The translations under genes were made by a program, and so were the position numbers. A DNA stretch of 64,000 nucleotides, from the NCBI GenBank assembly GCA_019136685.1, contig JAGVTS010000124.1:17460-81459 (forward strand). The letters are read 5' to 3'. Shown here piece after piece: positions 7,246 through 16,885 of the stretch. Within the stretch, counting starts at the first letter, position 1. Every line of letters begins with the position of its first letter. Origin of the DNA: Bacillota bacterium (GTDB lineage: Bacteria > Bacillota > DTU025). The notes below the pieces were generated by a model. That model did not search any database and was not told the origin of the DNA. It saw only the letters and a list, made by a program, of their open reading frames with translations.

Positions 7246-8250
7246 TCACTCCTTTCGGGTTCTCGCGCTCAGCAGGCGCCTTACCCGGGCGTCCAGCCCG
7301 AGCAGGATGATGTTCTCTACTATGGGGCGATAGCGGTGCAGCGTCAGCTGCGACAACGCGTTGCGCGCTTCCACATTGCATCGGGCGATCACGTACGACA
7401 GGGCATCTCCCGTGCCGCGCGAGAGCTCAGCGGAATCTTGTTCTGCCATCATGCAGGCGCGCAGGCCGTTAAAAGCCCCGCGTCTCACGTCGCGCGGTAA
7501 GTCCTCCAGGCAGTCGCCTAGATAGACCATGCGACCCACGGCTCGGCCCAGGCGCGCCAAGGATACACAACCCTCATCCAGGCCGGCCAGAATGCCTGTG
7601 TACGCCAACACGTGCGCAAGCCCGTCGGCCGTGGGCGCGGTGAGTTCGTCGAACGTGATACTTCCCGGCGCGGCGCTTGCCTCAGCTTCCAGCTCGGCCA
7701 GGCGATCGTCTGCCTGCAGCAGCGGGGCGATATCGAAAGAGCGCTCAGCGAGAACATGCCGGGCCTTGGCAAACTGTCGGCGGCCCATGGCTCTGGCCGG
7801 GCGGGCTAGGAGCGATCCGTCGCGCACCGAGTCCAGGCTCTTCAGTTCTGCCATGCACACTGTGAGCGCAGCGCCCAGCGACATGAAGTCCTCATGCTCA
7901 CTGATAATGGCGAACCTGCGGAATGCCGACACAGGGCAGAAAGTCCTCCGAAAAGACGGGTCGGGGTCTGCCTGAGCCGACATGAGCAGGACTAGCAAAG
8001 TAGACTCGAAATTGGTGAGCGCGCGGCAGAGTGTGCCGTACTCCCGTGCAAGCGCGAAACAAAGCCCACAGTAGTGGGCTGTGTAGTGATGGCTTTGCCT
8101 GAGTGTAAGGTCGAGCTTCTGAGGCCTTACATATCCAAACAACCGGGCACTCTCCCGCCGACGTGATCTGCTTCCCATCGAGAGTTTTCTCCCTGCCGAC
8201 CGCTTGTTCCTCCATAGTCGGCGGGATCCGGATGATAGAGCAAGAAGCAC
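7246..8250 (-). CDS. hypothetical protein with conserved Y-V-R-P ... HHYxxHYCGLC motif
   Basis: 334-aa ORF with N-terminal FGYVRPQKLDLTLRQSHHYTAHYCGLCFAL Cys/His motif, and a C-terminal region rich in regulatory-looking helices. Family not confidently recognised. Confidence 0.45.
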   Translation of the reverse strand: MLLALSSGSRRLWRNKRSAGRKLSMGSRSRRRESARLFGYVRPQKLDLTLRQSHHYTAHYCGLCFALAREYGTLCRALTNFESTLLVLLMSAQADPDPSFRRTFCPVSAFRRFAIISEHEDFMSLGAALTVCMAELKSLDSVRDGSLLARPARAMGRRQFAKARHVLAERSFDIAPLLQADDRLAELEAEASAAPGSITFDELTAPTADGLAHVLAYTGILAGLDEGCVSLARLGRAVGRMVYLGDCLEDLPRDVRRGAFNGLRACMMAEQDSAELSRGTGDALSYVIARCNVEARNALSQLTLHRYRPIVENIILLGLDARVRRLLSARTRKE

Positions 8251-8260
8251 CTGGGCATGA

Positions 8261-9409
8261 CTAGCCGTTCGGCCCGGTGGTCGAGGCGGGCGAGCCTGGA
8301 GGAGGCGCAGGGCACACCAGGATCGTGCCGGGGGCTATTGTCCTGGGATCCGTTATCCCGTTCATGGCGAGTATCTCGCGCATCCTTTCGTCAGTAGCCC
8401 TGCCGTAGAGGCGTTTGGCGATCACCGCCACCGACTCGCCCGGCGCCACTGTTACGGTTACAGTGCCGGGCGCGCCGGGCTCGGCAGTGGGCCGCGAGGC
8501 ATTGCCCTGGGCAGTGGCTTGCTGGGCCTGAGGGGTGCGCTGCGGCGTAGCCGGCAACTTAGCCTCAGGCGTAACCTTGGGCCGTGGTTCTGCCTGTGGC
8601 TCAGGCCCGGCCTGCAGCTGGGGATGAGCCTGCAACTCAGCTCGGGGCTCAGGCTGTGGTTGGGCTGCGAGCTGTTCTACCCGGCTGCGCGGCGTCCAAA
8701 TCTGTGCCGCCAGAGCGATTGCGGCGATGATCAGGGCGATGGAAGCGAGGCGCAGGGCCAGTGATGTGTCGTTGCTCGGGCGCTGGAGCAGCCAGCGCAA
8801 TCTGCGCAGCCAGGTCATGGGCGAGAGCTTGGCACACTGGCGCAGTCCGTCACCGGCTTGCCTGCGCGACGCCTGGGCCGCCGACCCAGACAGCGACTGC
8901 CCTGAGGATTCGCCGACGGGATCAAACATGTAGTACCCTGGGAATGGCAGCAGCGTTTCTCCGTCCATGTAGAAGAACGACGCCTGTTGCCTCACTGCAT
9001 CGACGATCAGCGCAACCCCTGCTCCCAAAGGTGAGAGCGACTTATGCACCATGGCGTCCTCTTCGGACGCCGACACGCCCGAGCCAGAGTGTGTGTGGAA
9101 CCATCCTATGATCTCTCTGCCTGCGTGTGAGGCCTTGGCCTCCCGGCGCAGGTTGTCAGACAGGGCAATTAGGAGTCCCGGAGGTTCTGCCCTGAGCGGG
9201 ACGTCCGGCAACTCCACTGTGTCGGACACCATGATGATGATTCCATCACTATCACTGGTCAGCCTGCCCACGAGAAGCCCGGCGCGGTCAGCCTGCTGTG
9301 AGCCTGCACTGCCCGTCTTGCCCAGTAGGCCTTCGATTACTGCACGACTCGCCATCACCCTGGACGGCATGCCCCGGGTCTGTACCCTCTCGATCAATGC
9401 GATCACCAT
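8261..9409 (-). CDS. JAB/MPN (JAMM) metalloprotease domain protein with TM segment and C-terminal LysM domain
   Basis: JAMM motif HTHSGSGVSASEED (H-x-H-x7-S-xx-D). Central hydrophobic helix (LASIALIIAAIALAAQIW). Pro/Gln/Ala-rich linker. C-terminal LysM-like GESVAVIAKRLYG...ILAMNGITDPRTIAPGTILVCP. Confidence 0.7.
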   Translation of the reverse strand: MVIALIERVQTRGMPSRVMASRAVIEGLLGKTGSAGSQQADRAGLLVGRLTSDSDGIIIMVSDTVELPDVPLRAEPPGLLIALSDNLRREAKASHAGREIIGWFHTHSGSGVSASEEDAMVHKSLSPLGAGVALIVDAVRQQASFFYMDGETLLPFPGYYMFDPVGESSGQSLSGSAAQASRRQAGDGLRQCAKLSPMTWLRRLRWLLQRPSNDTSLALRLASIALIIAAIALAAQIWTPRSRVEQLAAQPQPEPRAELQAHPQLQAGPEPQAEPRPKVTPEAKLPATPQRTPQAQQATAQGNASRPTAEPGAPGTVTVTVAPGESVAVIAKRLYGRATDERMREILAMNGITDPRTIAPGTILVCPAPPPGSPASTTGPNG

Positions 9410-9597
9410 CCAGACTTCCTATACCGATACACCGATAAGTTAATTCGCACTTGTTGTTGGATTTTCCTTGCGACGCGGCGATTGGTTGCACAGGCTGATA
9501 GTTCTCCTATTCACTAGTGAGTTGGAGGAAGGACAGGGAGGGCCTCGAAACGAATACGTCATGCAGCTGACAGAACCGCCGGGATGGCGAGTCGGCA

Positions 9598-10182
9598 ATG
9601 GGAGGATTGGAGGACCGCATGAACAGAGATGCAAGCAACACGCGCCCACTGCGGTGGGTCGCGCTTCTGATAGTAGGATTGGTCGCGGTTGCGCTGCTCC
9701 TATGGGCGTTATCGCCCGGCGGCGACCGCCTGGTCGCGGCCAGGAACGCCGAGCAACTGGTTGGAGCCGTTGCCCCGGATTTCCAGCTAAAGACCATCGA
9801 CGGCAAGCAGATTGCGCTTCGGGACCAACCTCGCTACGCGTATGTGCTTGACTTCTGGACCGTCAGCTGTCCACCGTGTCATTCGCTCGCTCCCGAGCTG
9901 CAGAGCATCCACAAGAAGTATGGCTTCCATGGAGTGCGCGTCGTGGGGGTCAACCTTGCGGATAGCGCGACCGCTATCAAGAAGTACATGGAGAAGAATG
10001 GCTACACCTACATCCAGACGACTGACAGAGGAGCCGTCGCCAATGCCTACGGGATTTTCGCTACGCCTACCGTGGTTGTAATCGATCGCAAGGGCATTGT
10101 GCGAGATGTCATGGTTGGCTTGGGTCCGGGATGGGAAGGTCGTCTCGAAAGCATTGTGAAGACGGTTGCGGGGGAGAAGTGA
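9598..10182 (+). CDS. TlpA/ResA-like membrane-anchored thiol:disulfide oxidoreductase (thioredoxin fold)
   Basis: N-terminal TM anchor, thioredoxin-like active site WTVSCPPCHSL (CxxC), and AhpC/TSA-like fold features. RBS GGAGGATTGGAGGA upstream. Confidence 0.75.
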   Translation: MGGLEDRMNRDASNTRPLRWVALLIVGLVAVALLLWALSPGGDRLVAARNAEQLVGAVAPDFQLKTIDGKQIALRDQPRYAYVLDFWTVSCPPCHSLAPELQSIHKKYGFHGVRVVGVNLADSATAIKKYMEKNGYTYIQTTDRGAVANAYGIFATPTVVVIDRKGIVRDVMVGLGPGWEGRLESIVKTVAGEK

Positions 10183-10186
10183 GAGC

Positions 10187-10352
10187 TGTGTCGCGGATCG
10201 CGCAGGCGCGTTCAAGATCAGGCCCGGAGCTATACGCAGTGCTCATCATCGCTGGAATCGCGCTAGTGGCGGTGGGTGTCGCCTCCGGCGATTTCTGGGC
10301 CATTCTGGCCAATGCTAGGATGATCTGCCTGTCATGTATAGGCATTCAGTAG
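10187..10352 (+). CDS. small hydrophobic peptide with C-terminal CxxC (about 55 aa)
   Basis: GTG start 5 nt after the TlpA stop. Sequence VSRIAQARSRSGPELYAVLIIAGIALVAVGVASGDFWAILANARMICLSCIGIQ has one TM helix plus CLSC. Could be spurious. Confidence 0.3.
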
Positions 10353-10461
10353 AGTCGACCTCCGTCCGCCGCCGCTGCCCAGGGCGCCCCGAGCCCCGCA
10401 CTGAGCAGCTACGTCCGGGCGAAAAGCGTCAAGTACAAGTACCGGATAACGAGTGTGAGGA

Positions 10462-11274
10462 ATGACGATACACGGCAAGAGATCGAGGCGACGCACCGCA
10501 ATCCAGATCATTGCCGCGGCTGCTGCCAACTCCGGCCTGCCGGCTCTGAAGTTCTGCCCGTATCCCGGGCTGAACTGCTATGCATGCCCGCTCGCGTCTT
10601 TTGCATGCCCAATGGGTTCGCTTCAGAACTTCCTGTCCCTTCGGAGGTTTCCCTTTGCCATAGCAGGTTTCTTCATCACTATTGGAGCCACGTTCGGCCG
10701 GGCTGTGTGCGGCTGGGCGTGTCCGTTCGGCTTGTTCCAGGATCTACTGGCAGGTCTTGGGCCTCGGCACAAGCTGGTGCGCAGCAACCGCTGGACGTGG
10801 ATGCGCTACGCTGTGCTGATTGGGCTGGTAGTGATCGGGGCATTCGCCACAGGGTCGCCCATCTTCTGCAAGCTATGCCCCGCGGGCACGCTGGGCGCCG
10901 GGATACCACAGGTGATACTGAGGCCGTCTCTCCGGCAGATGATCGGTCCGCTTTACTGGATCAAGATCGGGCTTCTGGCTGCACTGGTTCTGGCTGCATT
11001 CTTCGTAAAGAGGCCGTTCTGTCGCTTCCTCTGCCCGCTGGGCGCAGTGTACTCGCCGTTTAACAGGGTGAGCCTGATGCGCATGCGAGTAGACTCCTCC
11101 GCATGTACCAGGTGCAACGCGTGCAAGGGTGTATGCCCAGTTGACATTGCGATCTATGAAGACCCTGATTCGGACGCCTGCATACGGTGTCTTGAATGTA
11201 CCCGCTGCCCGGCCGTCTCCGTATCATACGGGCCGACGAAATCCGAATATCCCTTGCACACTGCGGGAAACTAA
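10462..11274 (+). CDS. membrane-bound polyferredoxin, NapH/MauN-like 4Fe-4S binding protein
   Basis: Multiple TM helices interleaved with Cys clusters (CYACP...CP, CGWACPFG, CKLCPAG, CRFLCPLG) and two C-terminal ferredoxin motifs CTRCNACKGVCP and CIRCLECTRCP. Confidence 0.7.
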   Translation: MTIHGKRSRRRTAIQIIAAAAANSGLPALKFCPYPGLNCYACPLASFACPMGSLQNFLSLRRFPFAIAGFFITIGATFGRAVCGWACPFGLFQDLLAGLGPRHKLVRSNRWTWMRYAVLIGLVVIGAFATGSPIFCKLCPAGTLGAGIPQVILRPSLRQMIGPLYWIKIGLLAALVLAAFFVKRPFCRFLCPLGAVYSPFNRVSLMRMRVDSSACTRCNACKGVCPVDIAIYEDPDSDACIRCLECTRCPAVSVSYGPTKSEYPLHTAGN

Positions 11275-11323
11275 TCTAGCGCAGTCGATCTAGGGCCGCT
11301 GGCCCAGCAATGGTCGCAAGGGA

Positions 11324-12427
11324 GTGGTTTTCGTGCCTAAGTTGAGGGTGGGCGTAATCGGGGCGGGCATGGCTTTCGAACGCTTGCACTACCCGGCTTA
11401 CATGAATCTTACCGACACGTATGAGATCGTGGCCGTGTGTGATCCGGACCGGGATAAGCTGAGCAAGTGGCAAGTCACCCTCGGCCTTTCGCCCGGGGAT
11501 CTCCATACTGATTGGGAGGCCATTGTCGCCCGCGACGATGTGGACGTGTACGACATAATGGTGCCCATAGAGCTGAACTACGCGGTCACGGAAGCCGTAG
11601 CCAAGCGGCTGTCGGGCAAGAGGAAAGCGATCATCTGCGAAAAACCCCTGGCCGGGTCGTTCAAGGAGGCCCTATCAGCGCGCGAGCTCGCGCAACGCTA
11701 CCAGATACCCATCCTGATAGCCGAGAACTACCGTTACAACGAAGAGACCAACATCATCAGGCAACTCGTCGCCGACAATCGGGTGGGCAACGTGGTGTAC
11801 TTCCTGTATAATCGCGTGATGGATTTTCCCCAGGAGATGTGGAAGGACGCCTTTCCGGCCAGAGACTGGCGGCAGTATCCTGAGTACCCGGGAGGGGCCA
11901 TCACCGACAGTGCTGTGCACGACCTCGCCGCAATTCGCCACATCTTCGGCGCCGTCGACAGGCTGCAGGCCTTTGGCCATCCGCAGGACGAGGAGTTCTC
12001 GCCCTACAGCGCCATTGTTGTCAACATGCTGTTCAGCAGCGGCGTCGTGGGCCAGTTCAGCTTCTTCTGCGCAGGCAAGGAGGCACAGCGCCCTGCGGTC
12101 GGTCTCCGGATCTTCGGAGATTCGGGGATGATCTACTTGGAGAGCAGGGACGCAGGAGTGATACACATCGCCATGAATGATGGGCGGATCGAGGGCATTC
12201 CTTTCGAACCGCAGAAAGGGTACTATAATGAGCTGCTCAACCTGGCCAACGCCATGGCCGGCAGGGAACCCATCAGCGTGCCTCCTGAGATGGAATACGG
12301 CGACCTGAAGACTGTGAGGGATATTCTCAGGTCCATTCAGGAGCAGAAGATAGTCACCGTCGACAAGACCCCCGACTACACTCCAGACTACAGCCAGACC
12401 GGTGTTCACGTGCCGTTCATGCATTGA
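11324..12427 (+). CDS. Gfo/Idh/MocA family NAD(P)-dependent oxidoreductase
   Basis: N-terminal Rossmann motif VGVIGAGMAFERLHYPAY, EKPLA motif (ICEKPLAGS), 367 aa. Confidence 0.8.
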   Translation: MVFVPKLRVGVIGAGMAFERLHYPAYMNLTDTYEIVAVCDPDRDKLSKWQVTLGLSPGDLHTDWEAIVARDDVDVYDIMVPIELNYAVTEAVAKRLSGKRKAIICEKPLAGSFKEALSARELAQRYQIPILIAENYRYNEETNIIRQLVADNRVGNVVYFLYNRVMDFPQEMWKDAFPARDWRQYPEYPGGAITDSAVHDLAAIRHIFGAVDRLQAFGHPQDEEFSPYSAIVVNMLFSSGVVGQFSFFCAGKEAQRPAVGLRIFGDSGMIYLESRDAGVIHIAMNDGRIEGIPFEPQKGYYNELLNLANAMAGREPISVPPEMEYGDLKTVRDILRSIQEQKIVTVDKTPDYTPDYSQTGVHVPFMH

Positions 12428-12512
12428 TCAGTGGATGCACCCACGAGGATTCGGTTGGCGAGGGCGGACCGCACCGGCAACCCCCATGGGTTTTACCAGC
12501 ATGCCCCATCAC

Positions 12513-12563
12513 CTGTGGGTTTTTCGTACGGCTTTCGGCGAGGCCGTACTGAAAACCCCACGG
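12513..12563 (+). terminator. long imperfect hairpin (about 20 bp stem with nested perfect GTACGGC/GCCGTAC stem) downstream of oxidoreductase gene
   Basis: CTGTGGGTTTTTCGTACGGC-TTTCGGCGAG-GCCGTACTGAAAACCCCACGG. No U-tract, so terminator function is uncertain; it could be an RNA structural element. Confidence 0.3.
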
Positions 12564-13512
12564 TTCTGAACATGCAGGCTTCGCCGAACGCAACCGGCGG
12601 TAGGGCCTCGCGACCCAGGCGGTCGGCGCTCGACAAACGCGCAGCTATAGCAGCTGGCATAGCATGGCGCTTCTAGTGCGGATCCTCGATCGTCGCCGCG
12701 GGGCCTCCAGAGTTCCCAAAGCGCCTTCCGATTTCGCCCGACCGCGCCGAACCGTCCCGAATAGCATGTGCGCCCACCTGGTGCGGAGGAATAGGGCTGG
12801 GCGCCACATGCCAGTACCGGAAGGGGGTCTTGATGCACTCTGGGGCATCCTGTTCGTTTTTGAGTAGGTTTTTCGAGCAACCTATACGGATTCTACGTGG
12901 CTTGGTGGGTGCAAGTTATCTGAATTCGCGCCGGCAACGGCGCATCCTTTTGCTGGAGCCAGGCCCGTGGCAAATCCGCAGGCAGAGACGGGTTACACAA
13001 TATGGTCACGCGCGCGTATCTCCCGAGCCTCCCCGCGAGGGCCCCGAGACGACCTCCGATTCCCCAGTAAGCCCCAAATTCGCCCGATTGCCTCCCTGGC
13101 CCGTCAAAACCTAGTACTTTCTGAATAGGCTCCGCGGAAAACCGTACTCTTTTCTCATAGGTTCGCTAACGCCCTGCTAAACACGGTTTTGCCCAAAGGC
13201 CTGCGTAAGGTCGCTTTCGCCGACAACTGACGCCTCCGAGCGTAGGCAGGCCCCCGCGCATCCTTTCCGGCGATGTGGGTAGTGCTGCAGAAGTCTTGGT
13301 ACCGGCTGGGTTAGCCATAGCAGTTCTAGGTGGGCCTGCAGATATCCGCAATCTCCGGAAACCGCTCCGATGTGTGCAAAGCCTGTAATTGGCAGCGACC
13401 TGCCGTGCCGTCGCCGTGATTCGGCCCACACCCATTTCATCCTGCGTGATGCCCAATTCGATCTCGCACGAAGGCCTCGCATCAGGTGAAGAAGGAATCT
13501 GTGCACCAGGGG

Positions 13513-13526
13513 CGAATATATGTTCG
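13513..13526 (+). promoter_or_regulatory. LexA (DinR) Cheo-box-like operator upstream of uvrB
   Basis: CGAATATATGTTCG matches the Gram-positive SOS box consensus CGAACRNRYGTTCG with one mismatch. It sits about 30 nt upstream of an extended -10 (TGCTATAAT, 13555-13563) and about 95 nt upstream of the uvrB start. Confidence 0.5.
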
Positions 13527-13619
13527 GCCGCGAGCGTTCGAGGCTCGCGGCTCGTGCTATAATTGTGGGGGTGCGGCGTTCTGTGCGCTGCTCGCCGATG
13601 GGTACGGGAGTGATGAGGG

Positions 13620-15650
13620 GTGCCTGATTTCCAGCTCAAGTCGGACTTCACTCCGACGGGAGATCAGCCTAGGGCCATAGATGAGCTCGTTCAGGGCGTG
13701 CTCTCCGGCATGCGGGGGCAGGTGCTTCTGGGCGTAACGGGCAGCGGCAAGACATTTACCATGGCCAACGTGATCATGCGTCTGGCCCGCCCTGCGCTGG
13801 TCATTGCGCACAACAAGACGCTCGCGGCGCAGCTGGCTGCGGAGTTTCGAGAGTTCTTCCCGAATAACGCAGTCCACTATTTCGTCAGCTACTACGACTA
13901 CTACCAGCCGGAGGCGTATATACCCCAGTCTGACACCTACATCGAGAAGGATGCGCAGATAAATGACGAGATTGATAGGATGAGGCACGCGGCCACAGCG
14001 GCACTGGTCGAGCGGCGCGATGTTGTCATCGTGGCCAGCGTGTCCTGCATATACGGGCTAGGCATGCCCGAGGAATATCTAAAGCAGGCGGTGGTTGTGA
14101 GGCGCGGCGAGGCGTCTGACCGCGACCGCCTTCTGCGCAAGTTGGTCGCCATTCAGTACAGCAGAAACGACATAGGAATTGCTCGCGGCACGTTCAGAGT
14201 GCGCGGCGATGTGGTGGAGATAGTCCCTGCGAGTGGAGAACAAGCGATCAGAATCGAGTTCTTTGGCGACGAAATCGACCGTATCACCGATGTTGACCTC
14301 ATAACCGGAGAAATGCTGGGCGAGAGGGAATCTGCTTTCATCTATCCAGCGTCTCACTGGGTGACCAACCAGGAGCGGATGCAGGCTGCGATCGCAACAA
14401 TTGAGGAAGAACTGGAGGCTAGGCTCGCGGAGTTGAAAGGCGCAGGCAAGCTCCTTGAAGCTCAGCGACTGGAGCAGCGCACTCGATTCGATCTGGAGAT
14501 GATGCAGGAGGTAGGGTACTGCTCGGGGATCGAGAACTACTCACGCCACCTGGCCGCGAGAGAGGCGGGCAGCGCTCCTGCGACTCTCATCGACTACTTC
14601 CCCGACGATTACCTCATGTTCATCGACGAGTCGCACGTGACGGTGCCTCAGATACGCGCGATGTACAATGGCGATCGGTCGCGCAAAGAGAGCCTTGTGG
14701 AATATGGTTTTAGGCTGCCCTCTGCCTACGATAATCGGCCCTTGCGTTTTGACGAGTTCACGCGGCGCGTCAACCAGGTGATCTTCGTATCCGCCACTCC
14801 GGCCGAATGGGAAAGATCCATGAGTGGTCAAGTAGTGGAGCAGGTCATACGCCCGACCGGCCTGGTAGATCCGGCGGTTGAGCTCAAGCCCGTGCGGGGG
14901 CAGGTCGACGACTTGATAGGCCAGATCCGTCAGACGGCGGACTGCGGATACCGGACGTTGGTGACAACGCTCACCAAGAAGATGGCCGAGGACCTCACGG
15001 ACTACCTCCGCGAGCTGGGGATCAGAGTGAGGTATCTGCACTCTGAAATTGACACGTTGGAACGGATCGAGATACTCAGGGGGCTACGCCTGGGCGAGTT
15101 CGATGTTCTGGTGGGCATAAACCTGCTCCGCGAGGGTCTGGATCTGCCTGAGGTTGGGCTCGTGGCTATCCTCGACGCCGATAAAGAAGGGTTCCTGCGG
15201 TCGTCAACGTCTCTCATACAGACTATTGGCAGGGCCGCCCGGAATGTGGATGGACGCGTCATCATGTATGCCGATGAGGTCACAAGATCCATGCGCGAAG
15301 CCATAGGTGAAACTGACCGGCGTCGTGCCATACAGATAGCGCACAACAAGACGTGGGGTATCACCCCCGAGTCTATCAAGAAGGCAGTCCGCGACCTATC
15401 CGAGATACAGCGTGCCGCAGGCGCCGAGGGCACGCGCGCGACCGCGGCCCGAGGCGCGGCAGGCGCAATGGGCGGGGCTGACATAGGGGCTCTGCAGGAA
15501 GTCGAGGGGATGGACGAGCGAGAGCTCGCCAGGCTCATCAAGAACCTAGAAGAGCAGATGAAGAAGGCAGCCGGCCTGCTTGAGTTCGAGCGGGCGGCGG
15601 AAATACGGGATCGCATCAGAGATCTTAGGCGGAGGTTCGTCCAGCTTTGA
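13620..15650 (+). CDS. uvrB: excinuclease ABC subunit B
   Basis: GVTGSGKTF Walker A, DESH helicase motifs, C-terminal UVR domain ([19 protein letters not shown]). 676 aa, GTG start. Confidence 0.95.
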   Translation: MPDFQLKSDFTPTGDQPRAIDELVQGVLSGMRGQVLLGVTGSGKTFTMANVIMRLARPALVIAHNKTLAAQLAAEFREFFPNNAVHYFVSYYDYYQPEAYIPQSDTYIEKDAQINDEIDRMRHAATAALVERRDVVIVASVSCIYGLGMPEEYLKQAVVVRRGEASDRDRLLRKLVAIQYSRNDIGIARGTFRVRGDVVEIVPASGEQAIRIEFFGDEIDRITDVDLITGEMLGERESAFIYPASHWVTNQERMQAAIATIEEELEARLAELKGAGKLLEAQRLEQRTRFDLEMMQEVGYCSGIENYSRHLAAREAGSAPATLIDYFPDDYLMFIDESHVTVPQIRAMYNGDRSRKESLVEYGFRLPSAYDNRPLRFDEFTRRVNQVIFVSATPAEWERSMSGQVVEQVIRPTGLVDPAVELKPVRGQVDDLIGQIRQTADCGYRTLVTTLTKKMAEDLTDYLRELGIRVRYLHSEIDTLERIEILRGLRLGEFDVLVGINLLREGLDLPEVGLVAILDADKEGFLRSSTSLIQTIGRAARNVDGRVIMYADEVTRSMREAIGETDRRRAIQIAHNKTWGITPESIKKAVRDLSEIQRAAGAEGTRATAARGAAGAMGGADIGALQEVEGMDERELARLIKNLEEQMKKAAGLLEFERAAEIRDRIRDLRRRFVQL

Positions 15651-16885
15651 GCAAAGACAAGATTGTCATCCGAGGTGCGCGCGAGCACAACCTCAAGAAT
15701 ATCGATGTGGAGATTCCCCGCGACAAGCTGGTGGTAGTGACCGGCCTGTCGGGTTCGGGCAAGTCGTCGCTTGCCTTCGATACGATATATGCGGAGGGGC
15801 AGCGGCGCTACGTGGAATCGCTGTCAGCCTATGCGCGTCAGTTTCTGGGCCAGATGAACAAGCCGGACGTGGATTACATAGAGGGCTTGTCTCCTGCGAT
15901 CTCCATAGACCAAAAAGCGGCCGGCAGAAACCCGCGGTCCACCGTGGCCACGGTCACTGAGGTTTACGACTACATGAGGCTGCTGTACGCCCGAATAGGG
16001 GTACCTCACTGCCCCGAGTGCGGTCGCGAGATCACCCAGCAATCGGTAGATCAAATCGTCGACAGGATCATGGACATGCCGGAGGCGACACGCATTCAGG
16101 TATTGGGCCCGGTTGTCCGTGGTAAGAAGGGCGAGCACAAGAAGGTTCTCGACGATCTCAGGCGCGATGGGTTCGCTCGTGTACGGGTCAACGGAGAGGC
16201 ACGCGAACTCACCGACCAGATTGACCTGGAGCGCTACAAGACCCACAGCATAGAGGCTATTGTGGATAGGCTGATCGTAAGGCCCGGCATACAGCGCAGG
16301 TTGGCTGATTCGCTGGAAACGGCCTTGAAACTCGGAGGCGGCCTGGTACTGGTAGACGTGGTTGGCAGCGGCGATATCGTCTTTTCGGAGACGCTGGCCT
16401 GCCCTGACTGCGGGCTCAGTTTCGGGGAGTTGCAGCCCAGGCTGTTCTCGTTCAACAGCCCGTACGGCGCGTGCCCGGCCTGCTCAGGCTTGGGCGTGAG
16501 CATTGAGTTCGACCCGGAGCTGATCTTCGATGCCGGCCGCTCCATTGACGACGGCGCTGTCTTGCCCTACAACCGAAACGGGGTCATAGCCGACTTCTAT
16601 GTCGGCCGGATACGTGAAGTGTCCCGGGTGAAGGGGATAGATACCACGGCCCCCTGGTCGTCGTTGCCTGAATGTGCCCGCGAGATGCTGAAACACGGGT
16701 GCGGAGAGGAACGGCGCGCGGCTAAAGCCGGAAGCGCTCGCCGTGACAGTTGGCGGGAAATCCATTGCCGAAGTCACCTCGATGTCCACGGCGGATGCTC
16801 TGGCCTACTTCGAGGGCTTCAGCCGGCAGCTTACAGAACGCGAAACGCTCATAGCCAAGCAAGTCTTGAAGGAAATTCGGGCTAG
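15647..16885 (+). CDS. uvrA: excinuclease ABC subunit A, N-terminal portion (gene disrupted by frameshift/deletion)
   Basis: [14 protein letters not shown] Walker A, Zn-finger CPECG...CPDCG...CPAC, LPYNRNG. UvrA identity is lost after ...LKHGCGEE around 16710 and the frame runs into non-UvrA sequence. Confidence 0.8.
   Translation: MSKDKIVIRGAREHNLKNIDVEIPRDKLVVVTGLSGSGKSSLAFDTIYAEGQRRYVESLSAYARQFLGQMNKPDVDYIEGLSPAISIDQKAAGRNPRSTVATVTEVYDYMRLLYARIGVPHCPECGREITQQSVDQIVDRIMDMPEATRIQVLGPVVRGKKGEHKKVLDDLRRDGFARVRVNGEARELTDQIDLERYKTHSIEAIVDRLIVRPGIQRRLADSLETALKLGGGLVLVDVVGSGDIVFSETLACPDCGLSFGELQPRLFSFNSPYGACPACSGLGVSIEFDPELIFDAGRSIDDGAVLPYNRNGVIADFYVGRIREVSRVKGIDTTAPWSSLPECAREMLKHGCGEERRAAKAGSARRDSWREIHCRSHLDVHGGCSGLLRGLQPAAYRTRNAHSQASLEGNSG

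Noticed and set aside
12428-13619. Searched the long intergenic tract for tRNA, tmRNA, RNase P and SRP RNA hallmarks
   Set aside because: No GGTTCGAATCC-like T-loops, no RNase P or SRP conserved blocks, no CCA-terminated acceptor-like stems recognised by eye. An Infernal scan is still needed.
13166-13651. 161-aa minus-strand ORF inside the 1.2 kb non-coding tract
   Set aside because: Translation is dominated by Arg/Pro/His/Ser runs (HHSRTHRRAAHRTPHPH...) with no motifs, and it overlaps the uvrB promoter and operator region. Judged non-coding.
15580-15960. 126-aa + strand ORF overlapping uvrB/uvrA junction in a third frame
   Set aside because: Entirely embedded in uvrB/uvrA coding sequence with Arg/Gly-rich composition. 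Spurious.
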